Shown here one piece after another: positions 12,401 to 25,877 of a stretch of DNA of 64,000 nucleotides. Location: positions 124,001 through 188,000 of the forward strand of contig JAPDFW010000071.1 of NCBI GenBank assembly GCA_028826165.1, written 5' to 3'. Within the stretch, counting starts at the first letter, position 1. Every line of letters starts with the position of its first letter. A program made the position numbers and the translations under genes. This DNA is from Anaeramoeba ignava BMAN (taxonomy: Eukaryota > Protista > Anaeramoebae). The notes beneath the pieces were generated by a model. The model ran no database searches. It was not told where the DNA came from and worked only from the letters and a program-made list of their open reading frames with translations.

Positions 12401-15400
12401 AAAAGAGCTCAATCAAGTTTTGGATGTTGATTTTCACATCTAAAACAATATTGTATTCTTCTGGGGAAAGTGCAAAACGAATAAAATCAGCAAAATAGCT
12501 TCTTGCTAAATTAGATTTGTTTTTATCAAGTTCAGTTAGTTTTTGAGCCACAATTTCTTTCAGAATCTTATCATCATCTGGAATCTCATTTTGTTGGACA
12601 TAATTGTAAATTAAATGAGAAAATGGAAATTCCGCATTTTCAAAATCATCCTTAACAATAACAGGATAACAAGGCAAATTAGCATTATAAGCAATTTTTT
12701 CCCAAATTCCCCGAATAGCATCATCTTTTGATACAAAAAGAGTTAAATTTCTATTGCGATTAATGTTATTCAAGAAAATCGCAAAAATCTCTATTAATTT
12801 ATCTATGAAGGTTTTGTAAAGTGTTGATGAAAATGTTTGCAACTCATCCTTTTTATTTTGTTTTTTTTCCACAATCCGATATAAATCCCATTGATAAAGC
12901 TCGATATTTTGAGCGCCATCTTTTGCCATTTGGTTAATTGATGAAATGATCAACTGATAAAAATGCTCATTATTAATCAAATCAAGTATTTTTTCGAGAA
13001 TTGATTTGAATTTCTCTGTTGTCGGATGAATTAATTTCGAAAGAGAAAATCCTGCAATTTCTCGAAGCAACAAAGCAAACTCTTTATTTCCCGAAATTTT
13101 TTTGATCAATGTCTCCATAGAAACGTTCTTATGCAACGCAGCGTCTTTGATATCAAACGAAATTTTGGGAGATAAATCTTCCACATAATAATACTCCCAA
13201 TTTTCCTCAAAACAATATGAGAATCTTGACTGGTGTGTGTAAGGAGAAAGGTGAACAATAAATGAAACATAAAATGTTTGGCTTTTGAAATGGTAGTTTT
13301 TCTTTTCTCTCTCAGTGTTAAATTCCTCTGAGGTTTTGAGATTCTGATTCCTTTTTTGGAGATGATTATAAATTAGAACCTCAACAAGATATTTTGATTG
13401 GTAAAAAATCTCCATTGGAAGCTCGCTTGGATTGAAATGAATCATGAGAATTTTCGTTGTTTCATTATCATTATCATTATCTTTATCTTTATCTTTATCT
13501 TTATCTTTATCTTGTGAATTAAACCATTGATATATTCTTCTCTCAAGTAATTTATCAGTTTCAAAATCCACAATTCGAACAGAATCAATTTTTGTTTTTT
13601 CTGGCTGTTTAATTAATTGGTAATTTGGCGAGTGAGTGAAAATTATTGAGTTGTGAATTTTCTTTTTTTGCAGTTCTTTTGTGAATAATTCCTCAAAACT
13701 ATTTGAATACTGAGTAAAATAATTCGAGCATATTTGCTTCAAAAATCTAAATGAAAAATCAAGATTTTCATTTAGTGTTTCCAATATTTTGCTTAATTGA
13801 AGCATCATATCAATTTTGCAAAGTCTGATCCAAAAAGAAGTGCCTAAATCAATAATTTTGGAAATATCTGAATCCTGTTCTTCATTTTTCTTGTTTTCGT
13901 TTTGTTTCTGGTTTTTGTTCTTCTGTTTTTGATCTATTTTGACAATATTGATGATTTTTATTGCAAGAGCAGGAAAAAGATCGCTGTGGTAATTGAGAAT
14001 CAAGTTATGCCGATTTATTTTATTTGAGGTCACTCTTTCAATATCATCTAAAACACTTTGATTGGCTTTCAAAAAATTCATGTTGTGGTTTTTGATGAAA
14101 TGCTCAGGAATAACAAATTGTTTTTCAAATCGGTTCAAAACAGCAGGTGATTCAATTCGATAAGCTCTGTTTTTATCAGTGATCACAATAATCCGGAATT
14201 TTGGGTTGATTTGCACATGATTTGATGTGTCTCCAAATGATATTCTTGTGAAAAGTTTGTTTTCAATTTGTATGTAATTCTGGTTCAAAAGATCATAAAG
14301 TGGCTCAAAAAGTTGTTGATTATTGCATAAAATGACTGTTTCTCCTAACGAAACAGAGAGTTCAATTTTCTTCAAATTTTGAATGATTCTTAATGTTTCT
14401 TGATCTTCAGAAAATGATGATCCAAACAAAACAACAGCTTTGGCTTTGATTTGGTTCAAAATCACAGGGAAAAGTGCCAAGTTATCAACAAGAAGCATTA
14501 AATGACGTGAAAATTTATGCACTTGATCTTTGGAAAGTTCGAATTTTTCTTGTTTTTCTGGAGGAAGTAATCTTCCCTTTAAATTTTGATTGATTAATGA
14601 CATGATTTGCGGTTCTGGTGTTGGAATTGATATCCCCAAAATGTCCCTGATTTGAGGTAGTAATTCTTTAAGGAAATCGGGTTTTGATCCAAAATTTCGA
14701 TATATTGAATTCCATATCACTTGAGAATCCCAAACTGGTTTCTGGAAATGTATTGATTTGGAAATCATTTTGAGTAGATAATAAAAATCTCTTAATCCAT
14801 AGTAATTTGTATTTGTTCTTCTATTGGATTGTGCTCCTCTTGGTAAATCTTCGTTAGAATTTGAGTTTTCCTGATTTCTTTGTTTTTTTGTGATTAAATC
14901 ATAAACACGCGCTAATTTTTTTGCTAGTTCTGTTGAAGGATTTGAGTGAAGAGATTCAAAAATTGATTCTGCTGTTTGTTGTAATTGGTCAGTATCTGGA
15001 TCTGGACGACGCAATAAAATTCCTCTATTTGTATTTGCTGGATCAAGTTTCCAATTTGATATTGCAAGAACAGAAATTGTAGGTTTTTTTCTCTTCTTTT
15101 TTTTGATTTGATTTTCATTTTCATTATTATTTTCATCACTTTCATCACTTTCATTTCCACTTTCATTACTTTCATTACTTTCATCACTTTCATCACTTTC
15201 ACTTTCATCGTTTTCATTTAAAAATTGATATAAATGTCTTTGATCTGCTTCTTCTAATTCAGAATGCAATATTTTTAATGGTAAATCTGGACTTAAATCT
15301 GCCAAAGCAACCTCATCTAAAACAACTACTGAAATTAAATCTTCTTTATTAAAATTTTTAGCATGATTTTTTGCTAAATCAAAAGCATGTTGGATTCTAG

Positions 15401-18400
15401 CTGATGTAATAACTGGTGAACATTGGATATAAAAAGTTTTTAAAGCTGGTAAATCCCAATTTTTTAAAAATGGATTACTGTTTTTGGGATATCTAAGAAG
15501 AAAAGTAAGTAACTCGATTGAAAGAGATTTTGAAGATCCTTGTTTTTATTATTATTGTTTTTGTTCAAAATTTAAATTTGAATTAATAAATTATTTAAAT
15601 TTTGAAATTATTGAAATTTACCTGGCTTTCCAACAATAAATAACGGAATTTGAACATAGCAAGTAAGAAATATCATCAATAAATTCTCTTTTAATGCATT
15701 ATTCAAAGCAACTTCATGATTCAAATCATGAATTTTCAAAGAATTAACAAAATTGGTTTGAGTTCTTTCAATAAATTTTTGGATTGATAACAATTTCTTG
15801 CTTTTTTGAATATCCCTCATTTTATTATTAACTCCTTCCAAAAATTCAGTTCGAGATTTATCAGCATAACGAGCTGCATAACAAGCAAATAAAGCCAAAT
15901 AAAGAGAGTAATAAATTTGGGGATCATTATCAGAACTGATTAGCAATTTCCCAGCTTTTTTCTCTAACAACCATTTCAAAATTCTTAATGTTCTTGCTGT
16001 ATCTCTTAAAGAAACAGAACTTTGAGGATCATCTGAATTTGATCGAACAAAATCATGTGAATAGCAAATCAACTCCTTAATTTTATCTTTGAATTCTTCA
16101 AGATCATTCCTATTTTGCTGGCTATTTTCGAAAATTTCTTCAAATGCTCGATCTACCATATTCGAAATATATCTTCTTTCTGTTGGACTCTGTAAGTTTC
16201 CAAAATCATAAATATCCTCAAAAAAAGAATCAGGAATTGCATGCACACGATAAACAGAGCGACGAATCTTTCTCATATTTTCTTGCTGTTTGCCAAACTT
16301 ATAAGCAAATCCGGCATCAGTAAGTAAATCTGGATCATCTTCATTCGAATCTTTATTACGATTATTATTATTATTGTTGGATTGGTTTACTCGATATTGG
16401 CCACGAATACGATATGGATTTGCAGCAACAAGAATATTGATTTTTTTACTTATAGGAAAACCATCCATTGATCTGTCTACTAAAATCTCCTTTAACAAAA
16501 CAATGCAATTATTCGGTGCTGTATTATACTCATCGAAGAAAACATTCACTTTACAAAATGAATGCTTTTGAGAATTTTTGTTCTTGGCTGCTTTCTCTTT
16601 AAGTCTCTTCACCTTTTGATTCGCCTTTTGTATTATTGATCTAATATGATTCATTGTTGTTCCTCCATGAACATCTAGAATTAATAATTTTTGTCTCATT
16701 ACTTTTTTCAATAAAAACTTGATCAACGAAGTTTTTCCACATCCAGTTTCTCCAAATAAACTGACAGGAATTCCCGCAAATAATTTGTATTGGAAATAAA
16801 CCATTTTCAAGAAGTTGTCTGATGTTAAAACATATCTTTTTTGATCGTGATAAAACTCATCCAGTTCATCAACCGAAATTGGAACCGTATTCAAAGCTGA
16901 TAAAATTTGGAAAGCAGTTTTGAGATTGATTGCTTTTTCCAGATCAGCGCTTCTATCATTGTTTGCGAATAAATCATAGAAATTGAATTTGTTATTTTCA
17001 AGTGTTTGATGAAGACCTGGATTGAATAATTTTCTCATTGCAACCTGATCTTGTCCAATTAAATTGATTCCGTTGATTTCTTGGTTGTGTTTGGCATATT
17101 GATTTTCAATGAAAAGCACAAGAAGGCAAAGACCTCTTGAATCCCATGGTGTTGCTGTTTGTAAAAGAGATGATAGATCTTCCAGTTCGATTTGTTCTGA
17201 ATTTTTTGACTCAGTAGTCCAGTTTATTGATCGAGAAATCATGTTGACAACTGAATATAAATATGCCTTGAAAAAATCCTTGAGAAATTGTTTTGCTAAT
17301 TGAATGCTCCCAAATGTGGTTTCAGCTACTTTCATATCAAGAAGAAAATACTGAGATAATCCATTTATATGGCTTTTCATTACTTTCCAAAAATTTGATA
17401 GCAATCTGAAAGTAACAGGAGAATTTGGATTTTTATTCTCATCAGTTAAAATTTTGACAGAAAAATCATAGAAGGTCTTTGGATTTGTTTCGGAAGTGAG
17501 AAAAATAAAACGTTGTTCAATTGAAATTTGGTTAAATTCTTTGAAATCGGATTGTCCAATTTCAAGAAATTTAGAAACTTTTTGAAGATCAGTATCAACT
17601 CTTTTATCAATTTTAAATGGATTTTTGATCCTGTATTCTTCAAATGTGAAAACTTCTTTATTCGCATCAAATTGATTTTCTTCAAGATATTTCAAAGGTG
17701 GGAAATTAATAAGTCCGTTGCATGAATTCATGACTCTTGAACTGGGAATTTCCAGATAAATTCTTGTTGTTTTTTTCATATGCCAAATTAAATGATTATT
17801 ATAAGAAATTGATCTTCTTCCTTCTATTGAACCCCACATAAGAAATTCCCAAAGAAAATCACTTGTTTTTCTTTTGGAAATAAACGGCAATTCAATATGG
17901 AGAAATTGTAAAGAATAATCATTATAAAACAATTTATTTTCAAATAATTTTTGTGTTTTAGTGATAATTTCTGAAACTGTTCCTTTTGAAAGTGGAAGGT
18001 ATTGATAATTAAAAGTAGCGTTAGTTGTATTTAATTCATAACATTTTTTGCGAATCTGAAATGTTTTCCCACCTCCAGAAAAGTGAGAAGTATAAACTTG
18101 AATATAATTGTAATAACGGAATTTCTGTAAAAAAATGTTATTAATTTCCATTCTAGAAAGTGATTCAATTTGCTTCTCTATTTTTCCTTGTTGAAAAGCC
18201 TTGAGCATATTGTTGACTTCAAATGAATCACCGGAACACAATAAAAGAAGTGGATATTTTGTTGGATAGTCAATTTTCTGTGGATTGTTTTGATCAAAAC
18301 ATTGCTATTAGCTTTGTTCAAATCATCAGAAAATAAAACAGTAAAAAGAAATTTTGGGAAATATTCATCTTGTTGGTTCTCATTTGAATTGATATTTTCC

Positions 18401-21400
18401 AATTTGAAATTTGAAATTTCATTACTTGTGTTGTAAAAACGATAAATTCTAAAGAAATTCTGAATATCACTTTTGGTTGTTTTTGGATTGCAAATCAAAA
18501 CATTTTCTCTCAATGGGAAATGTTTGGAATAAATGAAATATAATGAGGTTGTGATATCATAAGTTTGTGCACTGTTTACAAGTTTTGTGATGTATATAAG
18601 TGGATCTGCAAGAGTGCCTTTTCTTTTATTGAATTGTTCATTGTATTTCAACTCAATTTTACTTATATTTTCGTTTCCTACTGGGAAAACTGGAATTATT
18701 CTTTCTTTGATTGAACGAGAAATTTTGAGTAATTCTTTTGACATTTTTAGAAGAAAATCAGCAATACGCAAATCTCTTTTGTTCACAAAATTACTGAAAG
18801 AAGTAATCAAAGGAGTGATTTGAGGTTTTTGATTGATGGATCAAATAAATTAAATATAGAAATGAGCAAGTCAGCATCTTTTGAATGAGCAAAATGATAA
18901 AATATTGTGTAAAATTGTTCTCGTGAAAAGATAGATACCAAAGGCGCCTTTTTATAACACTCTTTAAATTGTTTTTTCCAATAATCTAGATCTTGTTGGT
19001 ACTTTTGCTTTTGTTTTTTGAAAGTGTTTTCCCACTCCATGTCGGGACTCACCTTAATAACTTCCTCAAAGTTTTCTTGATCGTAAATAAAATGTTTTTC
19101 GAGCTTCAATTTTTCAAGTAATTTTGAAATATCCTCAATAATTGGGAAAACAGATTGGAAAGTTTCCATATTTTGTAAAAATTTTTGGTTGTTTTCATCT
19201 TCTTTTTGTCTAGCATTTATGTTTAAAATTTCTGTTTTTTCAATCTTGTTATAGTCTTGGAAAATATAAAACATGTCATAAAAATTATTGATATAAAGTT
19301 TTTTGTCTTCAAACTCAAATTCCAAGCAATGAAAAGAATCTTTATGAGTGAAAAAAGCAAATCTAGCTGTTCCATTTTTAGAAAACATCAAATTAAGTCT
19401 TTTTTTGGCTTTCATTTGTGGTGAATCTTCTTCATATTTAATAGCCTCAATAAATTCATTGAAAATTCGATGTAAAAATTTGAAATCAAAATCCAATCCT
19501 TTGTTTAATTCTTGGAAATTTTCTTCTGATTTCTTAATTTGTTCAACAAGTTCTCCAAGATCTTTCCATTCTTTTTCTGCATATAAATAATCTTTAACTC
19601 TTTCCCTTAAAGAGGATAATAAAGTTGCTGCTTTTGCAATTTTTCTATCATTAAATCGGTCAGGATCAACTTTTTCATAAAATTCTTTTTCATCTTTTTG
19701 TTCTTTTAACCATTTAATAACATCATCATTTAAAAGATCTTTTTCATTATTTTCATTTGAATTTTCATTTGAATTTTCATTATTTTCATTATTTTCATTA
19801 TTTTCATTATTTTCATTATTTTCATTTGAATTTTCATTATTTTCATTATTTTCATCGTCTTTAATTTCAATTTCATTTGAATCTTCATCGTCTTCAATTT
19901 CAATTTCATTTGAATCTTCATCTTTGTTATTTTCATCTTTTTTATTTTCATCTTTTTTATTATTTTCATTATTTTCATTATTTTCATCTTTTTTATTTTC
20001 ATCTTCTTTTTTATTTTCATCATAATTTCGATTTGAATGTAATTGTCCAGGAATCAAATCCCCTACAAAATTTAATATCTCATTTGTCAAAAATCCTGCT
20101 TGAAGTTCAGTTTTCATAATTTCATTTACTTTTTTCAAAGTTGGTTTTTCTTGATGATCTTTAATAAGAAAAGTGGGTTTTGTTATAAATTTAAATAATG
20201 AACATAATTTTTCAAGAGAACCAGTAGATCTTTTGTTTTTACGAATTTGATGGAAATTGAAAATTTTATCCTCATTTATAGTAACTTCATTGGTATTTGG
20301 GAAAAAATTAGTTGCTAATGCCTTGGCTTCATATCTTATTTTTTCATCTTCTTGATTAAAAGGAAAAAGTTTTTCCAATTCATCAAAAGTAATAGATTCG
20401 TTATGTAATTTTTGTTGTAATTTTTTCCATTCATCCTTGATTGATTTATTGATCAAATGCTTTTGTAAATCTTCAACAGAAATTGGAACTTTATTTCGAG
20501 ATTTCCAAAATTTTTTTGTTTCTTTTTTCCAAATTCCCAAAAAAATATTACTTTGGAATAAATTACGAATAATTTGTAAATCCTCGAAATTAAAAGGTAA
20601 CACACTAAAAAATGTTTCTATTTCTGAAACATTCCGACTTTGATTTTCTATTGAATTTTCCATTTTCTTTTCTTCCTTGATTTTTGCTAATACATCTTGA
20701 ATTGGTTTAGTATCAAATTTTTGTGAATCACGAAGAAATAAATCATGAAATTCTCGTAGATTTAATTCTTTTTTGTTTAAATCGACCATTAAATTGTATG
20801 ATTCATAGAAATTAAATTTGGGGTAAAATATCTCTAAAAATTTGTTATAATATGTATAGAAAACAAGATAATCTTCAAATTCATTGATTGCACAATCTTT
20901 GGGATTTGTCAGTTTTTTGACTTTATCTTGAATTTCGTTTTTCCAATTTGAAAGTGATTTAAAGAGTGATTTAATTGAAAATTGAAATTGATTTTGAAAT
21001 TGAAATTGGAACTGAAACTGAGTTTGAGTTTGAGTTTGATTTTGATTTTGATCTTGATTTTGATTTAATTCTTGAATTTGAATTTGATTTAAATCTTGAT
21101 TTGGAAATAATTTTTCAAACTCGCGAAACCATTGAAGAGCATAAACATAATTTTGTTGTTGAAATTCTGTTAAAAATTTAATAATGTTGAAAAAGATGAA
21201 TTTCGAATAATCTCAATATCAAATAAAAAATAGGGAATCCAAAATTCAAGTTGATATTCTAAAGGAACAATAGATATCAAAGAATTTTCAAAAGGAAAAC
21301 TACGAGGGTCAATCAATTTCAAAACGTGCATTGTAAAATTATGAATAATTTCTTTAATAACATTGCTATTTGTTTTCAAAGGAAATATGTTTTGTGATAT

Positions 21401-22807
21401 TAAAATTTGTTTTTTTGCGTTTTGATCCAAGTCAATATATTCATGTGTTGTAAAACTTGTGTTGATATATTGATCTACTGTTGATTTAAAAATATGTGCA
21501 AAATTGGGTGATCTCTCTGAATATTTGCATGGAATTTTCATGTTTTTAAGATCATTTTTTTTGTAAATATTAATTTGTTCTAATGCTATATTCCAAAAAT
21601 TAATCCAATCAGAAAGTTTTGCAAATTTAGTAGTAGTAATGAATCCGAATATAATGCCTGGACTAATAAAATGAATAAACTCAATAAATAAACCATTATC
21701 AAATGAATATTCAAGTAATATTTGTCTGTTATTTGAGTTATTGTTAAAGAAAGCATGAAAGCAACTATAATCAAATTGGAAAGACAATTTTTTTGAATCG
21801 AAAACTATTTGAATCATTTTGCAAAATTCTTCCACATATTCATTAGTTTTTTCTCGATTGTTTTGAGGTTGTTTGATTGGGAAAACATTTTTGCTATAAA
21901 TTTGGAAAAGTGGAAGATATTTAATGAATTTAAATTGGTCACTAACTGTATCCAAAGTTGCTGATAAAGTGGAAAAAATAAGTGAAATTTCTTCTTTTTT
22001 CAGTAAGAAAAACACTTCATCAACACTTTCAAGAAAATCTGGAAATTTTTGAGAATCAATGTTTCCTGATAAAGCAGAAATTAAAAGGTTTTTATCTGGA
22101 ATAAATTGGCAAAATCTAATGAATAATATTCTTAATATATCTGGGAAGTTTTCTTGTGAAACAGTTTGAATATCATATTTTTGAAAGAAAGTGCCAACAA
22201 CTTCCTTTTTGGGAGCCATTTTTGAAATTTCTTCAATTCCTTGAGAAATAAAATCTATTGCACTCGGAATATCTGGAAAAAATGAAATAACTTTTGCTAT
22301 AAAGGTAGATAATAAAATTGAAGCAATATTGATTTTTTTTGTAGGTGTGAACTCTTTTGGTAATGATTTTTTTTTTGAAAAATTAAAAATATGGAAGAAA
22401 ACTTGATTTTCAAATGTTGGATTAAATGAGAATTGATTTTCTTTAAAAATTTCTTCTTTCATATTTTTTTTATATTTTTCCATTTTTTTCTTATGATTTT
22501 GTTGTTGCTCTTTATCTTTTGTTGTTGTAATTTTTGGGTATTGTTGGTTTTGTAACAGATTGTATTGTTTTGTTTGAAATTCTAATTTTTCTGTTTTCTC
22601 TTTGATTTAAAAAAAGTTCAAATTTTACAAAATAAGTATTTTTGTCTTCTAAAGGTTGTGACATTGGTTTGCTGTTAAAATAAACAATGAATTTTTGATC
22701 TCCAAATGTTTGTGTAATATCTTCTGGATTTAAATATAAATAAAAATAAATTTGTGATTTTTCTGAATTTAGAAAAGTTTGTGTTTTAGTTTTTTTGCTG
22801 AACTCAT
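6472..22807 (-). CDS. Giant RNF213/mysterin-like dynein-related AAA+ ATPase / E3-module protein, split by frameshifts and one intron
   Basis: Walker A GETGCGKT, Walker B VFFDEYN and AANPYR. Second module LFIVGKPG|SSKSLS (intron 15539-15621), SVVVLDEVALADLSPDLPLKILH, ISNWKLDPANTNRG, YYGLRDFYYLLK. These parallel RNF213 motifs as I recall them (VVVLDEVGLAEDSP..PLK.LH, ISNW.LDPAKMNRG, FFGLRDYYSL.K). Also FRIIVITDK...P..LNRFEKQ and a C-terminal RZ-like region. ORFs 21170-22483, 18807-20789, 18178-18810, 15608-18241, 11544-15305, 10517-11653 and 6472-~9620 join by 1-nt shifts. The 5' end (ATG at 22807) is less certain. Confidence 0.88.
9215..11175 (-). repeat. Coding tandem repeat: acidic D/E/N blocks alternating with KPKRKHKKKHKSNKSNK blocks
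   Basis: (TCATTTTCA/TCATTATCA)n and (TTTGATTTA)n arrays. The D/E/N frame is continuous with flanking coding sequence at both ends. Confidence 0.85.
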
Positions 22808-22895
22808 TTTTTTAATAATAAAAAAAAGGAAAAAAATGAAAAAATGGAAAAAAAAAAAAAAAAAAAGGAAAAAAATTTCAAATAAAAATTAGTAA

Positions 22896-25877
22896 TTATT
22901 GTTTATTTAATTCTCCATATTTTTTTTGCCAATCAATATATTCTTGAGGAGGATATTGAAATTTTTTAATTTTAACAAGATCTTCTTTTTCTAATTTTTT
23001 AAAATCTTTACGTTTTTGGAAATTTATGAAATTATTTCCAATTTCCCAATAACAAAATTCTAATAAAAACTCAGAATTATAAGTTTTAGCAATTTGAAGA
23101 GTTGGAATTAACATTTCATGAGATAAAGTTTGAGATAGATTGACTTCACACAGTTGTTTTAGTCTATCCATTTGAAAATAATCACTCAAAATGAATAAAT
23201 CCAGAATGATTTTATTTGAATTGCAAATGAAAGTTGTGTTTTTTTCAATAATAGCAAGTTCAACACTTGGAGGAAAGAATCTGTTTGAATAAATATATTC
23301 CAAAATCATCAATAATGATTCAAATTTTATATCTTTAAATATAATTTCTTTGTTGATATTTTCTTGCATTTGATGTTGAGATAGAGATTGAAAATATTTA
23401 CTTCTTTGTGACAATATTGCTAAATGAACTTTGATTATTTGGTTTTTGATTTTCTTTTTTATTTTGATTTTTTTGATTTGATTCTGTAGAAATTATTGAG
23501 AAATCAGAGAAAGAACCAGAATGTATTAATTTTTCTAGTGAATTTGCAATTATATCAATTTCTGTTTGAAGAATATCTTGAATAATATTTTTATTATCTT
23601 GAATATTTTCTTGAATATTTTCTTGAAGAATATTTTTATTTTCTTGAATATTTTCTTGAATAATATTTTTATTTTCTTGATTTTTTTCTTCAACATTCCC
23701 ATTCTTCTTAATAATAAGCTTCATTATTAAATTTAATGATTTCATCTTAAATAAGTCACTAATTGATAATATTTGTTTAACTAAATTTATATCTTCAAAA
23801 ATATTTTCATCTATTTCCCCACAATAAATATATTTTATTAAAATATAAAATGGAAGAAATGGATATTCAACAAATATTTTGATTTTGTTCTCATCAATTA
23901 TATATTTAGATTGTGATTTTTCTTGTTTTTCTTGTTTTTCTTGTTTTTCAATTTTCAAACAAAATTTCTGACAAAATTCATTAAAATCTTGTGATTTTGT
24001 TTCAAATTTATCAATTAATTCTTTGAATATCAAATTTCTTGAGTAAAGAATAATTCTATGAAGAAATAAAGATTGTTTTTCATTTTTTTGATTATCAATT
24101 ATAATTAACTCAACATCTGAAAATTGTTGATTATTAAGTAATTTAAATAAATCTTCTTGGTAAGTATTTGGAATAATTGAGAGTTTTGGTTTTGGGATTT
24201 GGTTTAGGAAGTTTGGGTTTGTTTGGAATTGATTTTTGTTTTGATTTGAATAATTTTTTGAAGAATTTTTTCTTTGTTTTTTTTTCTTTTTCCTCTAATT
24301 TTCCAGTTTTAATAAAATAATCACGACAAACAATTGCAAAACATTCATCAATATTTATACGAGTTTTGCAAGAAATTTCAATAAAGAAAAGACCGTTTTG
24401 ATTAGCAAAATCTTTTAATTCCATTTCTGTTAATTGTCTTTCTTGAATTAAATCTATTTTATTTGCAGCAAGAATTATTGGAATTGAATCAAGATCATCA
24501 ATATTTTTATATCTTTTGATTTTTTCAAGATATAAAGGAACTTGTTCAAGATCTCTAAAATTTGTAATTGAAACTGTAATTACAAAAATATCTCCATTTC
24601 TATAATATTCATTTTCAAAATGAATAAAATCATCGTCAAAATTTTGAATATAAGTAACTTCAAAAATATCAGAAATTGGTTCAATATAAATTTGTTTTCT
24701 TATTGAATCTTCATGTAAAAAAGCATCCGTAGCACTTTGATTTAAATTTATTTTTAATTATAATTAGAATTAGATTTAGAATTAGAATTAGAATTATAAT
24801 TAGAATTAGAAGTATATTTAGAATTAGAATTAGATTTAGAATTAGAATTATAAATAGAATTATAATTATAATTAGAATTAGAATTAGAATTAAAATTAAA
24901 ATTAGAATTAAAATTAGATTTAGAATTAGATTTAGAATTATATTTAGATTTAGAATTATAATTAGAATTATTAGAATTAGAATTAGATTTGGGAATTAGA
25001 ATTAGATTTAGATTTGGAATTAGAATAAATTATATTTAGAATTTAGATTTTAGAATTGAATTAGAATTAGATTTAGAATTAGAATTAGAATTATAATTAT
25101 ATTTAGATTTAGAATTATAATTAGAATTATAATTAGAATTAAATTAGAATAGAATTGAATTAGAATTTGATTTTAAATTTAAATTCAGAAGAAATTCAGA
25201 ATTTAGATTTGAATTTAGAATTAGATTTAGAATTAGAATTAAATTAGATTTAGAATTGAATTATAAATATAATTATTTAGAATTGTGAATTATATATTTA
25301 GATTTTAGAATTATAATTATAATTAATTAGATTTAGAATTAGAAATTGTAAATTTAAATTAGATTTTAGAATTTATATAATTGAATTTAAAATAGGAATT
25401 AGAATTAGATTTAGAATTAGATTTATAATTAGAATTATATTTAGAATTAGATTTAGAATTAGATTTAGATTTAGAATTATATAATTAGATTTAGATTTAG
25501 AATTAGATTTTAGAATTAGAATTTAGAAATTAGAATTAGATTTTAGAATTAGATTTAGAATTAGATTTAGAATTATAATTAGATTTAGATTTAGAATTAT
25601 AATTAGATTTAGATTTAGAATTAGATTTAGAATTATATTTATAATTAGAATTAGAATTATATTTAGATTTAGAATTATAATTATAATTATATTTAGATTT
25701 AGAATTATAATTAGAATTAGAATTAGATTTAGAATTAGATTTAGAATTAGAATTATATTTTAATTTCAAAATTTACTCATCAACAAAATGGTTTTGACAA
25801 TATTGAATAATAAGTGTTTTTCTTCCAGAAAAACTAGGACCACAAACACATATTTTTGGAGTTCTAAAATTATCCAT
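22896..25877 (-). CDS. Ras-like (degenerate) GTPase fused to two BTB domains
   Basis: Exon 1 (25877-25777) reads MDNFRTPKICVCGPSFSGRKTLIIQYCQNHFVD. After intron 24735-25776 it reads EDSIRKQI...PIILAANKIDL...FIEISCKTRINIDECF. BTB1: FSDVELII..LHRIILYSR..YIYCG. BTB2: FSDFSII..VHLAILSQRSKYF..LEYIYS..SDYFQMDRLKQLCE. Two 1-nt frameshifts (~24180, ~23440). Confidence 0.88.
24735..25776 (-). repeat. Intron filled with (TTAGAA/TTAGAT)n microsatellite
   Basis: GT..AG boundaries restore the Ras reading frame, and the hexamer array is visible. Confidence 0.9.

Noticed and set aside
15300-16800. Midasin or dynein identity for the AAA protein
   Set aside because: The motifs match RNF213-type sequences, and no MIDAS domain or dynein stalk signature was seen.
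11544-18241. Intein in the AAA modules (also checked in Rpn11)
   Set aside because: I saw no Hint-domain blocks, no HN-C/S/T junction and no LAGLIDADG motif. The insertions are low-complexity.
24735-25776. TTAGAA array as an interstitial telomere
   Set aside because: It lacks G-tracts, lies inside an intron and matches the behaviour of the other intronic microsatellites.
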